DNA of 64,000 nucleotides from an uncultured Verrucomicrobiae bacterium (GTDB taxonomy: Bacteria; Verrucomicrobiota; Verrucomicrobiia; Chthoniobacterales; Chthoniobacteraceae): assembly GCA_963836755.1 (NCBI GenBank), contig CAWIKF010000001.1, forward strand, positions 224,001 to 288,000, written 5' to 3'. A program made the translations under genes and the position numbers. This document shows positions 19,704 through 33,423 of this stretch, one piece after another. The notes under the pieces were generated by a model. That model was not told where the DNA came from and did not search any database. It was given only the letters and a program-made list of their open reading frames with translations. How positions within the stretch are numbered: the stretch's first letter is position 1; each line of letters starts with the position of its first letter.

Positions 19704-20701
19704 CGCGCGCTCGCCCTTCGCCGCGGCGCTTTCAGCCCGCCAAACAAGCCCTGCGGCCGCGTGAGCATCAGCACGATCAGCAGCAGCGAATAAAGTATCA
19801 TCCGGTTCTTCGCGATCTCGCGCAGCCAGTCGGGCAGAAATTCCAGGCCCGAGACGCCGCGTAAAAGTTCCGGCAAAATCGTAAGCAAAATCGCGGCGAT
19901 CACGACGCCGAAGGTGTTGCCCATTCCGCCGAGGATCACCATCACCACGATGTCGACGCTGCGGAGAAAGTTGAATCCTTCGGGGTGAATGTATTGCTTG
20001 AAGTGCGCGTAAAGTCCGCCGGCGATTCCCGCGAAAAATGCGCCGAGCGTGAACGCGAGCACCTTGTATTTCGTCGTGTTGATCCCCATCGCTTCCGCCG
20101 CGATTTCGTCGTCACGGACTGTTAAAAAACCGCGACCGTATGTGGAATCGACGAGATTGCCGATGACGTAAACCGTGATTGCCGCAAAGCCGAAGGTCCA
20201 AAAAAAGTTCGTATAACCGGCCGCGACGGAAAAGCCGCGCGATGCGCCAACAGCGTCGGTATTTTGAATGATCACACGGATGATTTCGCCGAACCCGAGC
20301 GTGACGATCGCGAGGTAATCGCCTTTCAAACGCAGCGACGGAATGCCCACAAGCAGGCCCACGACAGACGCGGCGACGCCGCCGGTGGTGAGTGCGAGCA
20401 GGAAGAAAATCGCGTTGCCGAAAAAGCTCTGGTAGCCGCCGAGCCATGGGAGAATCGGCTTTGACAGAAATGTCGTGAACGCCGCGGCGACGTATGCGCC
20501 GACTGCCATGAAACCGGCGTGCCCGAGCGAAAATTGGCCAGTGTGGCCGTTCACCAGATTGAGGCTGACGGCGAGGATGATGTTGATGCCGATCGAGAGG
20601 ATGATGTCGTAAAAATACGGATTGATCGCGGCGGAGTAGTGCGAGATCGCGAGGCTCGCCGCGAGCACTGCCAGCAAAATTGTTTTGGAATGCGCGCGCA
20701 T
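19700..20701 (-). CDS. livM: Branched-chain amino acid ABC transporter permease
   Basis: True start likely ATG 20701 (overlaps the livH stop); SLNLVNGHTGQFSLGHAGFMAVGAY, LRLKGDYLAIVTLGFGEIIR. Confidence 0.92.
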   Translation of the reverse strand: MRAHSKTILLAVLAASLAISHYSAAINPYFYDIILSIGINIILAVSLNLVNGHTGQFSLGHAGFMAVGAYVAAAFTTFLSKPILPWLGGYQSFFGNAIFFLLALTTGGVAASVVGLLVGIPSLRLKGDYLAIVTLGFGEIIRVIIQNTDAVGASRGFSVAAGYTNFFWTFGFAAITVYVIGNLVDSTYGRGFLTVRDDEIAAEAMGINTTKYKVLAFTLGAFFAGIAGGLYAHFKQYIHPEGFNFLRSVDIVVMVILGGMGNTFGVVIAAILLTILPELLRGVSGLEFLPDWLREIAKNRMILYSLLLIVLMLTRPQGLFGGLKAPRRRASAR

Positions 20702-21627
20702 CAGACTTTTTCGCGCTCCACTTTTCCGAGGAGGCCGTTTGGCTTGAAAAGCAAAATCAAAATCAGCACGGCGAACGCAATCGCGTCGCGATAAGTCGGC
20801 GAGACATAGCCGACGACGAGTGTCTCGAGCACGCCAATCAGAATTCCGCCGAGAGCCGCGCCGCGGATGTTGCCGATTCCGCCGAGCACTGCGGCCACGA
20901 AGGCTTTGATTCCCGGCAAAATTCCCATCAACGGATCGATAGATGGTTGTTGAATAGACGTTAAAATACCGGCAGCGCCCGCGAGCGCTGAGCCGAGGCC
21001 GAATGTGAACGAGATGACGACGTCGTTGTTCACGCCCATCAGCGATGTGGCGACGGGATTGACGGAAAGCGCGCGCATCGCGAGACCGAGTTTTGTTTTC
21101 AAAACGATGAAACGGAGCGCGGCGAGCATGAGGAGTGTGACACCGAGCACGAGCAGTTGGCCGGTCGTGATCGTGAGATCGGCGAAACGGCCGAACGATT
21201 CCGGAATCGTGATCGCCTGGTCGGTGATCAAATCGGGGAACGATTTCGGGTCCGCGCCGAAGACGAACTGGCCGCCGTTTTCGAGGAAAAGCGAGACGCC
21301 GATCGCGGTGATCAGCACCGTCAGGCGCGGCCGGTCGCGCAGCGGACGATACGCGAGTTTTTCGATGACGATGCCGAGGACGGCGCAGATGGTCATCGCG
21401 AAAAGCAGCACGCAAACCGCGCCGAGCCACGAGGCATTGCCGGGAAAATGCCGCATGATGAATGGCGCGGAATAAAAGCCGGCGAACGCACCGATCATGA
21501 AAACATCGCCATGCGCGAAATTGATGAAGCGCAACACCCCGTAAACCATCGTATAACCAAGCGCGATCAGGGCGTAAATCGCGCCGAGCGAGAGGCCGTT
21601 GATGAGCTGCTGAAGAAACTCAATCAA
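20701..21627 (-). CDS. livH: Branched-chain amino acid ABC transporter permease
   Basis: QQLINGLSLGAIYALIALGYTMVYGVLRFINFAHG, KAFVAAVLGGIG; TTG start. Confidence 0.93.
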   Translation of the reverse strand: MIEFLQQLINGLSLGAIYALIALGYTMVYGVLRFINFAHGDVFMIGAFAGFYSAPFIMRHFPGNASWLGAVCVLLFAMTICAVLGIVIEKLAYRPLRDRPRLTVLITAIGVSLFLENGGQFVFGADPKSFPDLITDQAITIPESFGRFADLTITTGQLLVLGVTLLMLAALRFIVLKTKLGLAMRALSVNPVATSLMGVNNDVVISFTFGLGSALAGAAGILTSIQQPSIDPLMGILPGIKAFVAAVLGGIGNIRGAALGGILIGVLETLVVGYVSPTYRDAIAFAVLILILLFKPNGLLGKVEREKV

Positions 21628-21726
21628 AATTAAAAAGCTAAAAAATCAAAGTTTGCGGAAATCGGAAGGTCGCATGGAAAAGACGCGGCAGATTTTCAAA
21701 CTCTTGATTTTCTACTTTTTGATTTT
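21626..21726. repeat. AT-rich imperfect inverted repeat between livK and livH
   Basis: AAAATTAAAAAGCTAAAAAATCAAAGTTTG (21626-21655) is near-complementary to CAAACTCTTGATTTTCTACTTTTTGATTTT (21697-21726). Confidence 0.75.
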
Positions 21727-21731
21727 CGCCA

Positions 21732-22850
21732 TCACGGCGCGACTGCCTGCTGGAATTTAAATTGGCCGTTCTCGATCGTCATGATCACAACGGGCTTCGA
21801 CGCGTTGCGCTGCGCGTCGAGCGAGATCGTGCCGGTGACGGCCTTAAAATCTTTCGTCGCGGCAATCGCGTCGCGCAGTTTCGGCTCGTCCGTCGTGCCC
21901 GCGCGTTTGATCGCGTCCGCGAGGATCTTCGCGGAATCGTAGCCAAGCGCCGCCATGTCATCCGGTGCCTCGCCGTATTTCGCCTTAAACGCTTTCAGGA
22001 AATTTCGAACCGCGGGCGATTGATCGTCGGCGGAAAAATGTTTGGAAAAATAGCTGCCGTCGAGCGCGTGACCCGCGACCTGAAGGAGCGATTCGCCGAC
22101 CCAGCCGTCGCCTCCGAGCAGCGGAACTTTGATGCCGAGCAGCTTCGCCTGCTTCGCGATCAATGCGACTTCGCCATAATAACCGGGAACAAAAATCGCG
22201 TCGGGATGCGTGACTTTGATCGAGGTGAGCTGGGCTTTGAAATCTTTGTCGCCCGAGCTGTAGCTTTGTTCCTTGACGATTTGGCCGCCGTTTTTCTGGA
22301 AGTTTTGCTTGAAGGCTTCCGCGAGGCCGACGCTGTAATCTTGTTTAACATCCGTGAGAACCGCGACTTTTTTCCAACCTTTCGAGAGTGCGAATTTTGC
22401 CATCACCGTCCCTTGGAACGGATCGATGAAGCAGATGCGAAAAATGTAATCGCCAACCTCGGTGACCTTCGGATTCGTCGATGCAGGCGAGATCATCGGG
22501 ATCTTATTTTCCTGGCAGATCGGCGCGGCCTCGAGCGATTTCGACGAGGCGACTTCGCCGAGAACTGCGACGACTTTGTCGCGCGAGATGAACTTGCGAA
22601 TGATGGTTGCAGGCTGGCCGGAGAGCGATTGATCGTCCTCGGTGAGCAGATCGATTTTTTTACCAAGCAATCCGCCGGCCGCGTTGATTTCCTCGACGGC
22701 GAGCGCGGTGCCTTTGTGCGCGGATTGGCCGAAGCTGGCGCTGCCGCCGGTGAGCGATGCGAACTCGCCGACTTTTATTTCATCCTGCGCGAGCGCGGAG
22801 GAGATGCCGAGAATGGTCGCCGCAAACGCAAGGAAGAATTTTCGATTCAT
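21732..22850 (-). CDS. livK: Branched-chain amino acid ABC transporter substrate-binding protein
   Basis: Signal peptide; SLTGGSASFG, EEINAAGG, ISPASTNP, FRICFIDPFQG; operon context. Confidence 0.88.
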   Translation of the reverse strand: MNRKFFLAFAATILGISSALAQDEIKVGEFASLTGGSASFGQSAHKGTALAVEEINAAGGLLGKKIDLLTEDDQSLSGQPATIIRKFISRDKVVAVLGEVASSKSLEAAPICQENKIPMISPASTNPKVTEVGDYIFRICFIDPFQGTVMAKFALSKGWKKVAVLTDVKQDYSVGLAEAFKQNFQKNGGQIVKEQSYSSGDKDFKAQLTSIKVTHPDAIFVPGYYGEVALIAKQAKLLGIKVPLLGGDGWVGESLLQVAGHALDGSYFSKHFSADDQSPAVRNFLKAFKAKYGEAPDDMAALGYDSAKILADAIKRAGTTDEPKLRDAIAATKDFKAVTGTISLDAQRNASKPVVIMTIENGQFKFQQAVAP

Positions 22851-23004
22851 ATAAGCGGTGGAAACTAGGAAAAGGTGACCGCCGAATCAACTGCCAATCG
22901 GCTCCGCATGAAAATGGAAAGCGTGCGCCACTTGCATTTCGCGCGCGGCCTGTTTTACAGGTGCTTTTGCAAATGCCGTGCTGCTATTATCTCCGCTCGT
23001 CCCG

Positions 23005-23682
23005 ATGAATCCCGTCGCCCACTTTTACCAGTCCTCCATCGGCAAAAAATGGATCGTCGCGCTCACGGGCCTCGTCCTCATCGGCTATGTGATCGGCCAT
23101 CTCATCGGTAATCTGCAAATTTTTGTCAGTCCCGCGCAGATCAATGCCTACGGCGCGTTCCTGCACAGCCACGTCGTGCCGCTCTGGTTCGTCCGCATTT
23201 TTCTGATCATTTGCTTTGTCGCACATATTTTAACGACCATTAAACTTGCGATCGAAAATCGCGCGGCGCGTCCGGAGCGATACGCAGTGGTCAAGCGAGA
23301 GCGGGCGTCGCTCGCGGGGCGCACGATGCTCGTGAGCGGCTTGATCGTCTTGTGCTTTGTGATTTTTCACATCCTGCATTTCACATCGCAAACGATCGAT
23401 CCGAGCTTCAAGACGTTTGAAGATCCGAAGCAACAGCACGACGTTTATCGCATGGTCATCACCGGCTTTCGAAATCCTTTCGCGTCGGCTTTTTACATCC
23501 TCGGGCTTTTCCTGCTCTGCTCGCATTTGAGCCACGGCTTCGGCAGTTTTTTCCAGACGCTCGGCTTCAATACGAAACGCACCGGACCTTATCTCGTGAA
23601 CGGCGGACGCATCCTGGCGTGGCTGATTTTCGCCGGCTACGTCTCGATCCCGATCGCGGTGATGCTGCATATTTTAAAATGA
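23005..23682 (+). CDS. sdhC: Succinate dehydrogenase/fumarate reductase cytochrome b subunit
   Basis: [33 protein letters not shown]; several TM helices; immediately upstream of sdhA. Confidence 0.9.
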   Translation: MNPVAHFYQSSIGKKWIVALTGLVLIGYVIGHLIGNLQIFVSPAQINAYGAFLHSHVVPLWFVRIFLIICFVAHILTTIKLAIENRAARPERYAVVKRERASLAGRTMLVSGLIVLCFVIFHILHFTSQTIDPSFKTFEDPKQQHDVYRMVITGFRNPFASAFYILGLFLLCSHLSHGFGSFFQTLGFNTKRTGPYLVNGGRILAWLIFAGYVSIPIAVMLHILK

Positions 23683-25598
23683 CAAACGGGCTCGACGCAA
23701 AAATTCCCGCGGGTCCGCTCGAGAAAAAATGGGCGCAGCGGAAGTTTGACTCCAAGCTCATCAACCCGGCGAATCGCCGGAAGTTTGAGATCATCATCGT
23801 CGGCTCCGGCCTCGCGGGCGGGGCGGCGGCGGCGACGCTCGGCGAGCTCGGCTATCGGGTGAAATGCTTTTGCTACCAGGATTCGCCGCGGCGCGCGCAC
23901 TCGATCGCTGCGCAGGGCGGAATCAATGCCGCGAAAAATTACCAGAACGATGGAGACAGCGTTTACCGTTTGTTTTACGACACGATCAAGGGCGGCGACT
24001 TCCGTTCCCGCGAGGCAAACGTTTACCGGCTGGCCGAAGTTTCGGCGAACATCATCGATCAATGCGTCGCGCAAGGCGTGCCGTTTGCGCGCGAATATGG
24101 CGGGCTGCTCGCGAACCGCAGCTTCGGCGGCGCGCAGGTTTCGCGCACTTTTTACGCGCGCGGCCAGACCGGACAGCAGCTTTTACTCGGCGCGTATTCC
24201 GCACTTTGCCGGCAGATCGCGGCGGGCACAGTCGAGATGTTTCCGCGCACGGAAATGCTCGATCTCGTGCTCGTCGATGGCCACGCAAAAGGGATCGTCG
24301 TCCGCGACATGGTCACGGGAAATATCGCCTCGCACGCGGGCGATTGTGTCGTGCTCGCGACGGGCGGTTACGGCAACGTTTTTTACCTCTCCACGAATGC
24401 GAAAGGCTGCAACGTCACGGCCGCGTATCGCGCGCATAAACGCGGCGCGCTTTTTGCAAATCCGTGCTACACGCAAATTCATCCGACGTGCATTCCCGTG
24501 ACCGGGGAATATCAATCGAAGCTCACGCTGATGAGCGAGTCGCTGCGCAACGATGGCCGCGTCTGGGCGCCGGCAAAGTCAGGCGACAAGCGGCCGCCGA
24601 ACGAGATTCCGGATGCCGAGCGCGACTATTATCTGGAGCGAAAATATCCGAGCTATGGAAATCTCGCACCGCGCGACATCGCCTCGCGCGCCGCGAAGGA
24701 AGCGTGCGACGAGGGCCGCGGCGTCGGCGATACGGGGCTCGGCGTTTACCTTGATTTTCGCGACTCGATCAAACGGCTCGGCGAAAACGTTGTGCGAGAG
24801 CGCTACGGAAATCTTTTCGACATGTATCACAAGATCACCGACGAGGATGCGTATCGCGTGCCGATGCGGATTTTTCCCGCGGTGCATTACACAATGGGCG
24901 GCTTGTGGGTGGACTACAATTTGATGAGCAACGTGCCCGGCCTGCACGTGCTCGGAGAAGCGAATTTTTCCGATCACGGCGCGAATCGACTCGGCGCGAG
25001 CGCGCTGATGCAAGGGCTCGCGGATGGTTATTTTGTTTTGCCGAATACAATCGGGAATTATCTCGCGCAAAACGTCGGCAAGCGCCCAGCAGTTGATCAC
25101 CCGGAATTTAAACAAGTGGAAAAAGCGGTGCGCGATCGCACGACGCAATTGCTCGGCATCAACGGCACGCGCAGCGTCGACTCTTTTCACCGCGAGCTCG
25201 GGATGATTCTCTGGGAAAAATGTGGCATGGCGCGGACGGAAACCGGCTTGCGCGAGGCGCTGAAACGCATCCCGCAACTGCGCGAGGAATTTTGGAAAAA
25301 TGTTTGCGTGCCCGGCAAAAACGAGGAGCTGAACCAGTCGCTCGAGAAGGCGGGGCGCGTCGCGGACTTTTTAGAATTTGGCGAACTGATGTGTTACGAC
25401 GCGCTGCACCGGCGTGAAAGTTGCGGCGGACATTTTCGCGAGGAATACCAGACGCCGGACGGCGAAGCGTTGCGCGATGACGCGAATTTTACCTATGTCG
25501 CCGCGTGGGAATTTGCGGGTGAATCGAGCCCGCCGCTGCTCCACAAGGAGCCGCTCGAATTCGAGAACGTTCATCTCGCCACCAGGAGCTACAAATGA
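23679..25598 (+). CDS. sdhA: Succinate dehydrogenase/fumarate reductase flavoprotein subunit
   Basis: GSGLAG FAD motif, [39 protein letters not shown] overlap with sdhC. Confidence 0.95.
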   Translation: MTNGLDAKIPAGPLEKKWAQRKFDSKLINPANRRKFEIIIVGSGLAGGAAAATLGELGYRVKCFCYQDSPRRAHSIAAQGGINAAKNYQNDGDSVYRLFYDTIKGGDFRSREANVYRLAEVSANIIDQCVAQGVPFAREYGGLLANRSFGGAQVSRTFYARGQTGQQLLLGAYSALCRQIAAGTVEMFPRTEMLDLVLVDGHAKGIVVRDMVTGNIASHAGDCVVLATGGYGNVFYLSTNAKGCNVTAAYRAHKRGALFANPCYTQIHPTCIPVTGEYQSKLTLMSESLRNDGRVWAPAKSGDKRPPNEIPDAERDYYLERKYPSYGNLAPRDIASRAAKEACDEGRGVGDTGLGVYLDFRDSIKRLGENVVRERYGNLFDMYHKITDEDAYRVPMRIFPAVHYTMGGLWVDYNLMSNVPGLHVLGEANFSDHGANRLGASALMQGLADGYFVLPNTIGNYLAQNVGKRPAVDHPEFKQVEKAVRDRTTQLLGINGTRSVDSFHRELGMILWEKCGMARTETGLREALKRIPQLREEFWKNVCVPGKNEELNQSLEKAGRVADFLEFGELMCYDALHRRESCGGHFREEYQTPDGEALRDDANFTYVAAWEFAGESSPPLLHKEPLEFENVHLATRSYK

Positions 25599-26377
25599 TC
25601 GCCAACGGCCCAGCGAAACGGAATTTCGACCTCAAGGTCTGGCGTCAAAAAGACGGCACTGACGCGGGAAGGTTTTGCGATTACGAGGCGCGCGAAATTC
25701 CGGCGGATGCGTCATTCCTGGAAATGCTCGACATCGTCAACGAAACGTTGATCGCAAAAAAAGAGGATCCGATCGCGTTCGACCACGACTGCCGCGAGGG
25801 CATTTGCGGCATGTGCTCGCTTGTCATCAACGGCGTTGCACATGGCCCGGAGCGTGCGACGACGACGTGTCAACTTTACATGCGGCATTTTGCCGATGGA
25901 GACACGATCGTCATCGAGCCGTTTCGCGTCGGAGCGTTTCCGCTTTTGAAAGACCTGATCACCAACCGACGTGCGCTCGATCGTATGCAGCAGGCGGGCG
26001 GTTTCATCACCGTGCACACTGGTTCTGCGCCGGATGGCAACGCGGTTCCGGTTCCGAAAACTGAGGCCGATCTCTCAATGGACGCCGCTGCGTGCATCGG
26101 CTGCGGCGCGTGCGCAGCGGCTTGCCCGAATGCGAGCGCGATGCTTTTCGTCGGCGCCAAAGTTTCACACCTTGCGCTCCTCCCGCAAGGCCAGCCGGAA
26201 AGGTTTCGCCGCGTTTTAAAAATGCTGCGGCAGCATGACGCGGAGGGTTTTGGAAATTGCACGAACCACTATGAATGCGAAGCCGTTTGTCCTGCTGAAA
26301 TCAGCGTGGAGTGGATCGCGAAGCTCAACCGCGAATATGCCGCGGCGTCTATCAAAGACAGCGTCGGCGCAGCTTAG
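25595..26377 (+). CDS. sdhB: Succinate dehydrogenase/fumarate reductase iron-sulfur subunit
   Basis: [33 protein letters not shown] clusters. Confidence 0.95.
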   Translation: MIANGPAKRNFDLKVWRQKDGTDAGRFCDYEAREIPADASFLEMLDIVNETLIAKKEDPIAFDHDCREGICGMCSLVINGVAHGPERATTTCQLYMRHFADGDTIVIEPFRVGAFPLLKDLITNRRALDRMQQAGGFITVHTGSAPDGNAVPVPKTEADLSMDAAACIGCGACAAACPNASAMLFVGAKVSHLALLPQGQPERFRRVLKMLRQHDAEGFGNCTNHYECEAVCPAEISVEWIAKLNREYAAASIKDSVGAA

Positions 26378-26383
26378 CGCCCG

Positions 26384-26977
26384 TTAATTCCCGCGCGCCG
26401 GATTGTCCTCGCCCGGCAGCATCTCGTGCCAGGAGCGGATAATGTTGAACGCGCGGCTCGTGGCTACGCCAAACTGCTTCGCGTCCGCCGTCGTGCGCAG
26501 CATCAATTGCTGTTTGTCATCGAGGTTCAGAAAAGTGATCTCCGTGCGAAGGTCGCTGCCAGGCAGCTTGTAGCCGAGCACGAAGCGGTAGCTCTTCCAG
26601 TCGTTCACCGGCAAAGGATTCAGGTCTTCGTGGAGAATCGCCACCTCGGTCGCCCCAGTTGGAGCTAGCTTCAGGACTGCCTTCCGATAAGCCGCCAGCG
26701 AATCGGAGAACTTCACGTCTGGCGTGAATGCAGAAAAGCGGATGTGAAAAGTTGCATTGTCGAGGCTTTTGAAACGGAAGAGTGCACCCCCGTCGGAAGT
26801 GACTTCGGTCTCATGATCGATGGCCACGGAGTAGCGAGTATTTGCATCGGAAAAATAAGGATGGCGAACACCGAGCATGTTTGATTCCGCGCTCGAGAAG
26901 TGCGGCGTCAAGTCGAGAGCCCAGAGACCCGAATGCGGCAGGAAACTGCAAAGAAGAAGAATACGGATGACTTTCAT
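26384..26977 (-). CDS. Secreted hypothetical protein downstream of the pilin cassette
   Basis: ATG 26977 gives signal peptide MKVIRILLLCSFLPHSGLWA; starts 4 nt after the upstream stop. Confidence 0.7.
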   Translation of the reverse strand: MKVIRILLLCSFLPHSGLWALDLTPHFSSAESNMLGVRHPYFSDANTRYSVAIDHETEVTSDGGALFRFKSLDNATFHIRFSAFTPDVKFSDSLAAYRKAVLKLAPTGATEVAILHEDLNPLPVNDWKSYRFVLGYKLPGSDLRTEITFLNLDDKQQLMLRTTADAKQFGVATSRAFNIIRSWHEMLPGEDNPARGN

Positions 26978-26981
26978 AGAG

Positions 26982-28769
26982 CTAGAACTTTGTCCACGCC
27001 CCACGGCCCCATGTCACTGCATCGAGGCTGCCGGCTGGAGGATTAGTTCCGAAATTGAGATCATAGTTAAAGCGGCGCAGGGGAGGCGAAAATATGTTTC
27101 CGGTGTCCCATTCGCCCGTGAAGGTTTTGCTTTGGTAAAGCTCTACCATTGAGCCGTAGTAAGTGCAGTATTGGTCGGTCCAGTTCTCAAGATAGCGAGG
27201 AAAATTGTTTGCCCCGCCCGAGTAGCCATATTGCGCTGCACCATAGTGCGGATCGCTGGAACCCGGTGTGTAGCCGGATGGAATGAAACCCGAAAGGATG
27301 GCTGTGTTGTAGGTGGTATCGCTTGCTGTTCGATAACTGATACTCTTTGAAGAATTGGAGTCATTCCAGGAATTCGACAGAAACATCACCGCGTCAGCCA
27401 TTACCGCCGCCGGCTTGCGAGTGTAGCTACTGGTGGTAGGGCTCGCGCTATTGTCAGTGTTGCTAACGTTTGCAGGCACAGCTGCTGGATTGGTGGTTGT
27501 GCCGGTATTATAATCGCCTTGAATGTAGACTGGATTTTGACTTGCGATGGTAAGGCCGTTGTCGGGCAACTGCCCACCATTTTGAAGGCGAATCGTCTTT
27601 GGCTGTGGATCTGCAGTCGTCTGCGCCGTGACGTCGTAGATGTAAACGATGTTATTGAAACCAGATATTCCTGCGTTCAAAACAGTCCTCAGCGCGCTTA
27701 TGTCCACATTATTGACGTCAACATAGGTTCCTTCCCGTTGATCGTAAAGCGCGCTTTGAACCTTTGTAATCGCAGCCTTGATGGCAGTTTGTTGCGTAGA
27801 CGTAACGCTCGTTCCATTCTTTCCAGTGACGGTTACAGCGGTTCCGTTGATGCTGATAATCATGCCGGCCTTGTTATAGATCCGGCGGTTGGCGAATGCG
27901 GTGGGATCTGTATAGCTGGTGTTCGCTGGCTCAATGAGTTCGTGGAGACTGTCATTATTCGGATTCGAATCAGTGGTATTGATTGCCGAGCTAATGGAGA
28001 CGCCAAGAGGTTCCATCGAATTCACCTGACTTAGCTGTGCATTCACGCCGCCACTGCTGTAGACAGGCGAGACTTCAGCGTTAGCGGAATACCCGCTCCA
28101 CATGTTCGCATAGGGTGGATCAATGGTGGAGGAATAGCTGTCCGAGTAGGAAACGTCTCCGGTGAAGGTTAGCGATGCGCCGGACTGCCCACTGAGATAC
28201 GCGTTTCCATTGGTGTGGACCAATCCACCTACGATCATCTGTGCCGGCTTGTAAAAAACCAAGTCATCTTGAAAGAAATACATCGATTGAAACAGTGGCA
28301 CTGCCGTGTAGGCAAAGTAGCGCTTGATGCCGACCTGAATCGGAAGCGTTCCCACGTTTCCTTTGAGTTTCGCAGAAGCAAGGTAGCTATAGGTCTGGCC
28401 GCGCCATCCATTGTAGGTTGGAACGTCTGTCATGACTCCGACAGGCGTTGCAACTGGCGCTCCGTATTGATCCAAGGGGGTAATCGCAAGGTTTGATGTA
28501 TAGGTCAGACCAGAAAACGCGGGCGGAGTCGTAATCGAAAGTCCGCTGGATGGGAGATATGTTACAGCGTTTACCGTGCGGGTCTTCCAGATACCGAAGG
28601 CATACTCGACCGCACCTTCCGCCGCTGCCTGAATGGAGGCGTATTGACGGCTTCTATCCGTGATCCTCGCTGTGGACAAGGTGGAATTGACGGCAACGCC
28701 GACGAAAGCCGAGATCAGAATGATCAGGATCAACGTGATTAGCTGAATATTTCCGTCGCAGCGCTTCAT
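26982..28769 (-). CDS. PilX/GspK-like large minor pilin
   Basis: N-terminal MKRCDG|NIQLITLILIILISAFVGVAV, AAEGAVEYA motif, GLVHTNGN, NPVYIQGDYN, ENW, YYGSMV, PPLRRFNYD. Confidence 0.75.
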   Translation of the reverse strand: MKRCDGNIQLITLILIILISAFVGVAVNSTLSTARITDRSRQYASIQAAAEGAVEYAFGIWKTRTVNAVTYLPSSGLSITTPPAFSGLTYTSNLAITPLDQYGAPVATPVGVMTDVPTYNGWRGQTYSYLASAKLKGNVGTLPIQVGIKRYFAYTAVPLFQSMYFFQDDLVFYKPAQMIVGGLVHTNGNAYLSGQSGASLTFTGDVSYSDSYSSTIDPPYANMWSGYSANAEVSPVYSSGGVNAQLSQVNSMEPLGVSISSAINTTDSNPNNDSLHELIEPANTSYTDPTAFANRRIYNKAGMIISINGTAVTVTGKNGTSVTSTQQTAIKAAITKVQSALYDQREGTYVDVNNVDISALRTVLNAGISGFNNIVYIYDVTAQTTADPQPKTIRLQNGGQLPDNGLTIASQNPVYIQGDYNTGTTTNPAAVPANVSNTDNSASPTTSSYTRKPAAVMADAVMFLSNSWNDSNSSKSISYRTASDTTYNTAILSGFIPSGYTPGSSDPHYGAAQYGYSGGANNFPRYLENWTDQYCTYYGSMVELYQSKTFTGEWDTGNIFSPPLRRFNYDLNFGTNPPAGSLDAVTWGRGAWTKF

Positions 28770-28775
28770 GTTTGA

Positions 28776-29663
28776 TCACGGATTGCTTCTCGGGCGAACA
28801 GCTAGATCAGCTCGCGCGAACGTCGAAAAACTATCCTTCTGTTTGTTAGCCAATACTTGATCGTAAGAATCGGCTCGCAAACAAAGGGAACAGCTCACAA
28901 AGCTCTGGCCGTTATTCTGAGTGATCGAAAATGGCGATTGGTCTGTCGCCACGCTCCCAATCTGCCGTGACAGGACTACATACTTCGTGGAGTCATTCAA
29001 GTCAGCTGGAGCATTGTAAGGCCGGACGAGTCGAAGTTCCCATTGGCCGCCGTTTTGCTCTACGACCAAAGCCATGGGTCGAACCACTCTCGCTGTCACT
29101 CCGTTCGTGACATTGGTTGTTGTGACAGCGCTCGCAAGGCCGCTTGTCAAATTTACCGTCATCTGCTGGTTCCCGGGAACACTGCCAGTGACTGTAGCAT
29201 TGGCGCTCGCGGTAGGTCGTAGTGTTGTATTGGTGCCATCGATGCGGACTACATCTCCTTTTAATGGTGTGAAAACTGCGGAAGCCGTTGAGTCTGCGCA
29301 GTAAATATTCATCTGGAACGAGGTTATCCCGGCTGCCAAGCCCGAAGTGGAGGCAGTGATTACATAGGGAGCTCCGACATAGTAATCGAACACTACTCCT
29401 TGTGCGGAACCTGAACTTACTGCGTTACCTTGTGCATCAATCAGCGTTGGCATTGTATCCGCCTGTTGCAGATACTGCTCAATTCTGTCGATGGACCGGT
29501 GCAGGGAGTTTCCCGTGACATTGAAAGCAAAATTTTTCGACCATAGAAGCATGGTCGTGTTCAAGAGGTAGTAAGTGCCGACTCCGAAAATCGACGCAGC
29601 AACCATGCTGACTACAGTTTCCACCAAAGTGAAGCCTCTGTGTTTGCAGAGCTTCATCGTCAA
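28776..29663 (-). CDS. Prepilin-type N-terminal cleavage/methylation protein (PilW/GspJ-like)
   Basis: KHRG|FTLVETVVSMVAASIFGVG class III signal with Glu5. Confidence 0.85.
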   Translation of the reverse strand: MTMKLCKHRGFTLVETVVSMVAASIFGVGTYYLLNTTMLLWSKNFAFNVTGNSLHRSIDRIEQYLQQADTMPTLIDAQGNAVSSGSAQGVVFDYYVGAPYVITASTSGLAAGITSFQMNIYCADSTASAVFTPLKGDVVRIDGTNTTLRPTASANATVTGSVPGNQQMTVNLTSGLASAVTTTNVTNGVTARVVRPMALVVEQNGGQWELRLVRPYNAPADLNDSTKYVVLSRQIGSVATDQSPFSITQNNGQSFVSCSLCLRADSYDQVLANKQKDSFSTFARADLAVRPRSNP

Positions 29664-30130
29664 TCCTGCGCGCGGAGACTAGTCATATGATAACTATAGG
29701 ACCGTCCGCGGAAGGTGTAGTTAAGTTGAAAAGTGATACGAAAGATCGGCGCGCTATCTGAGTTTGCTTCAGCGACCACAGTGCGGTTCAAAGTGCCAGT
29801 GACCAAAACGTTTCCACTGCGCGTGTCGACAACGTTTTCGGTATAGCTCCCATCACCATCTTCGTCGTAAAGAGCTCCACTAGATCCTGTGGTCGCAAGG
29901 ATTGCCGGGGTGGAAGTGGAGCTAAAGGGAGCGACGAGCGCTGCGTCCATATTCCTCTGCACGATCGCGCGGGCATTGGAATAGACGCGTGCGGTTGCAG
30001 CTTCACGGTTGACGGTGAGCAGAGTGGAAATGCTGGAGACGCCCACAACGACCATGATTGCCGCCGCGATCATTACTTGCACCAGCGTAAAGCCGCCGGC
30101 GCGCCGCACGCGAGGGCGCGGCGCCTTCAT
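29660..30130 (-). CDS. Prepilin-type minor pilin (PilV/GspI-like)
   Basis: RRAGG|FTLVQVMIAAAIMVVVGV class III signal; likely start ATG 30130. Confidence 0.8.
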   Translation of the reverse strand: MKAPRPRVRRAGGFTLVQVMIAAAIMVVVGVSSISTLLTVNREAATARVYSNARAIVQRNMDAALVAPFSSTSTPAILATTGSSGALYDEDGDGSYTENVVDTRSGNVLVTGTLNRTVVAEANSDSAPIFRITFQLNYTFRGRSYSYHMTSLRAQD

Positions 30131-30262
30131 TGTCGGGCCATTTGCAGGCGCGAAACAAAGCTGCTCGCTGTTTTCGGCAGACGACATCGTGTCATTTAGA
30201 GCAGAATTCGTGCCCTTTTGGTCCGGGCTGATGCAGCAGCCAGTCGCTCCGAGAGATTTTCG

Positions 30263-33273
<3,011 letters not shown>

Positions 33274-33423
33274 TGGCTGACTTCCTGTTTGTGGTGAACT
33301 CCCAAAAAGCAGGAAGCAGACCAGCCCCGTGCCCGCCGCGTTTTTCCCTCAAAAAATCTTTAGCCACAGAGGGAGCGACGCCTCTCAACTTTGCATTTTC
33401 CGCGCCTTGCCTCTTGGTTTTGG

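Noticed and set aside
20702..21430. N-terminal 243-aa extension of the livM ORF
   Set aside because: It overlaps livH in another frame; the real start is ATG 20701, coupled to the livH stop.
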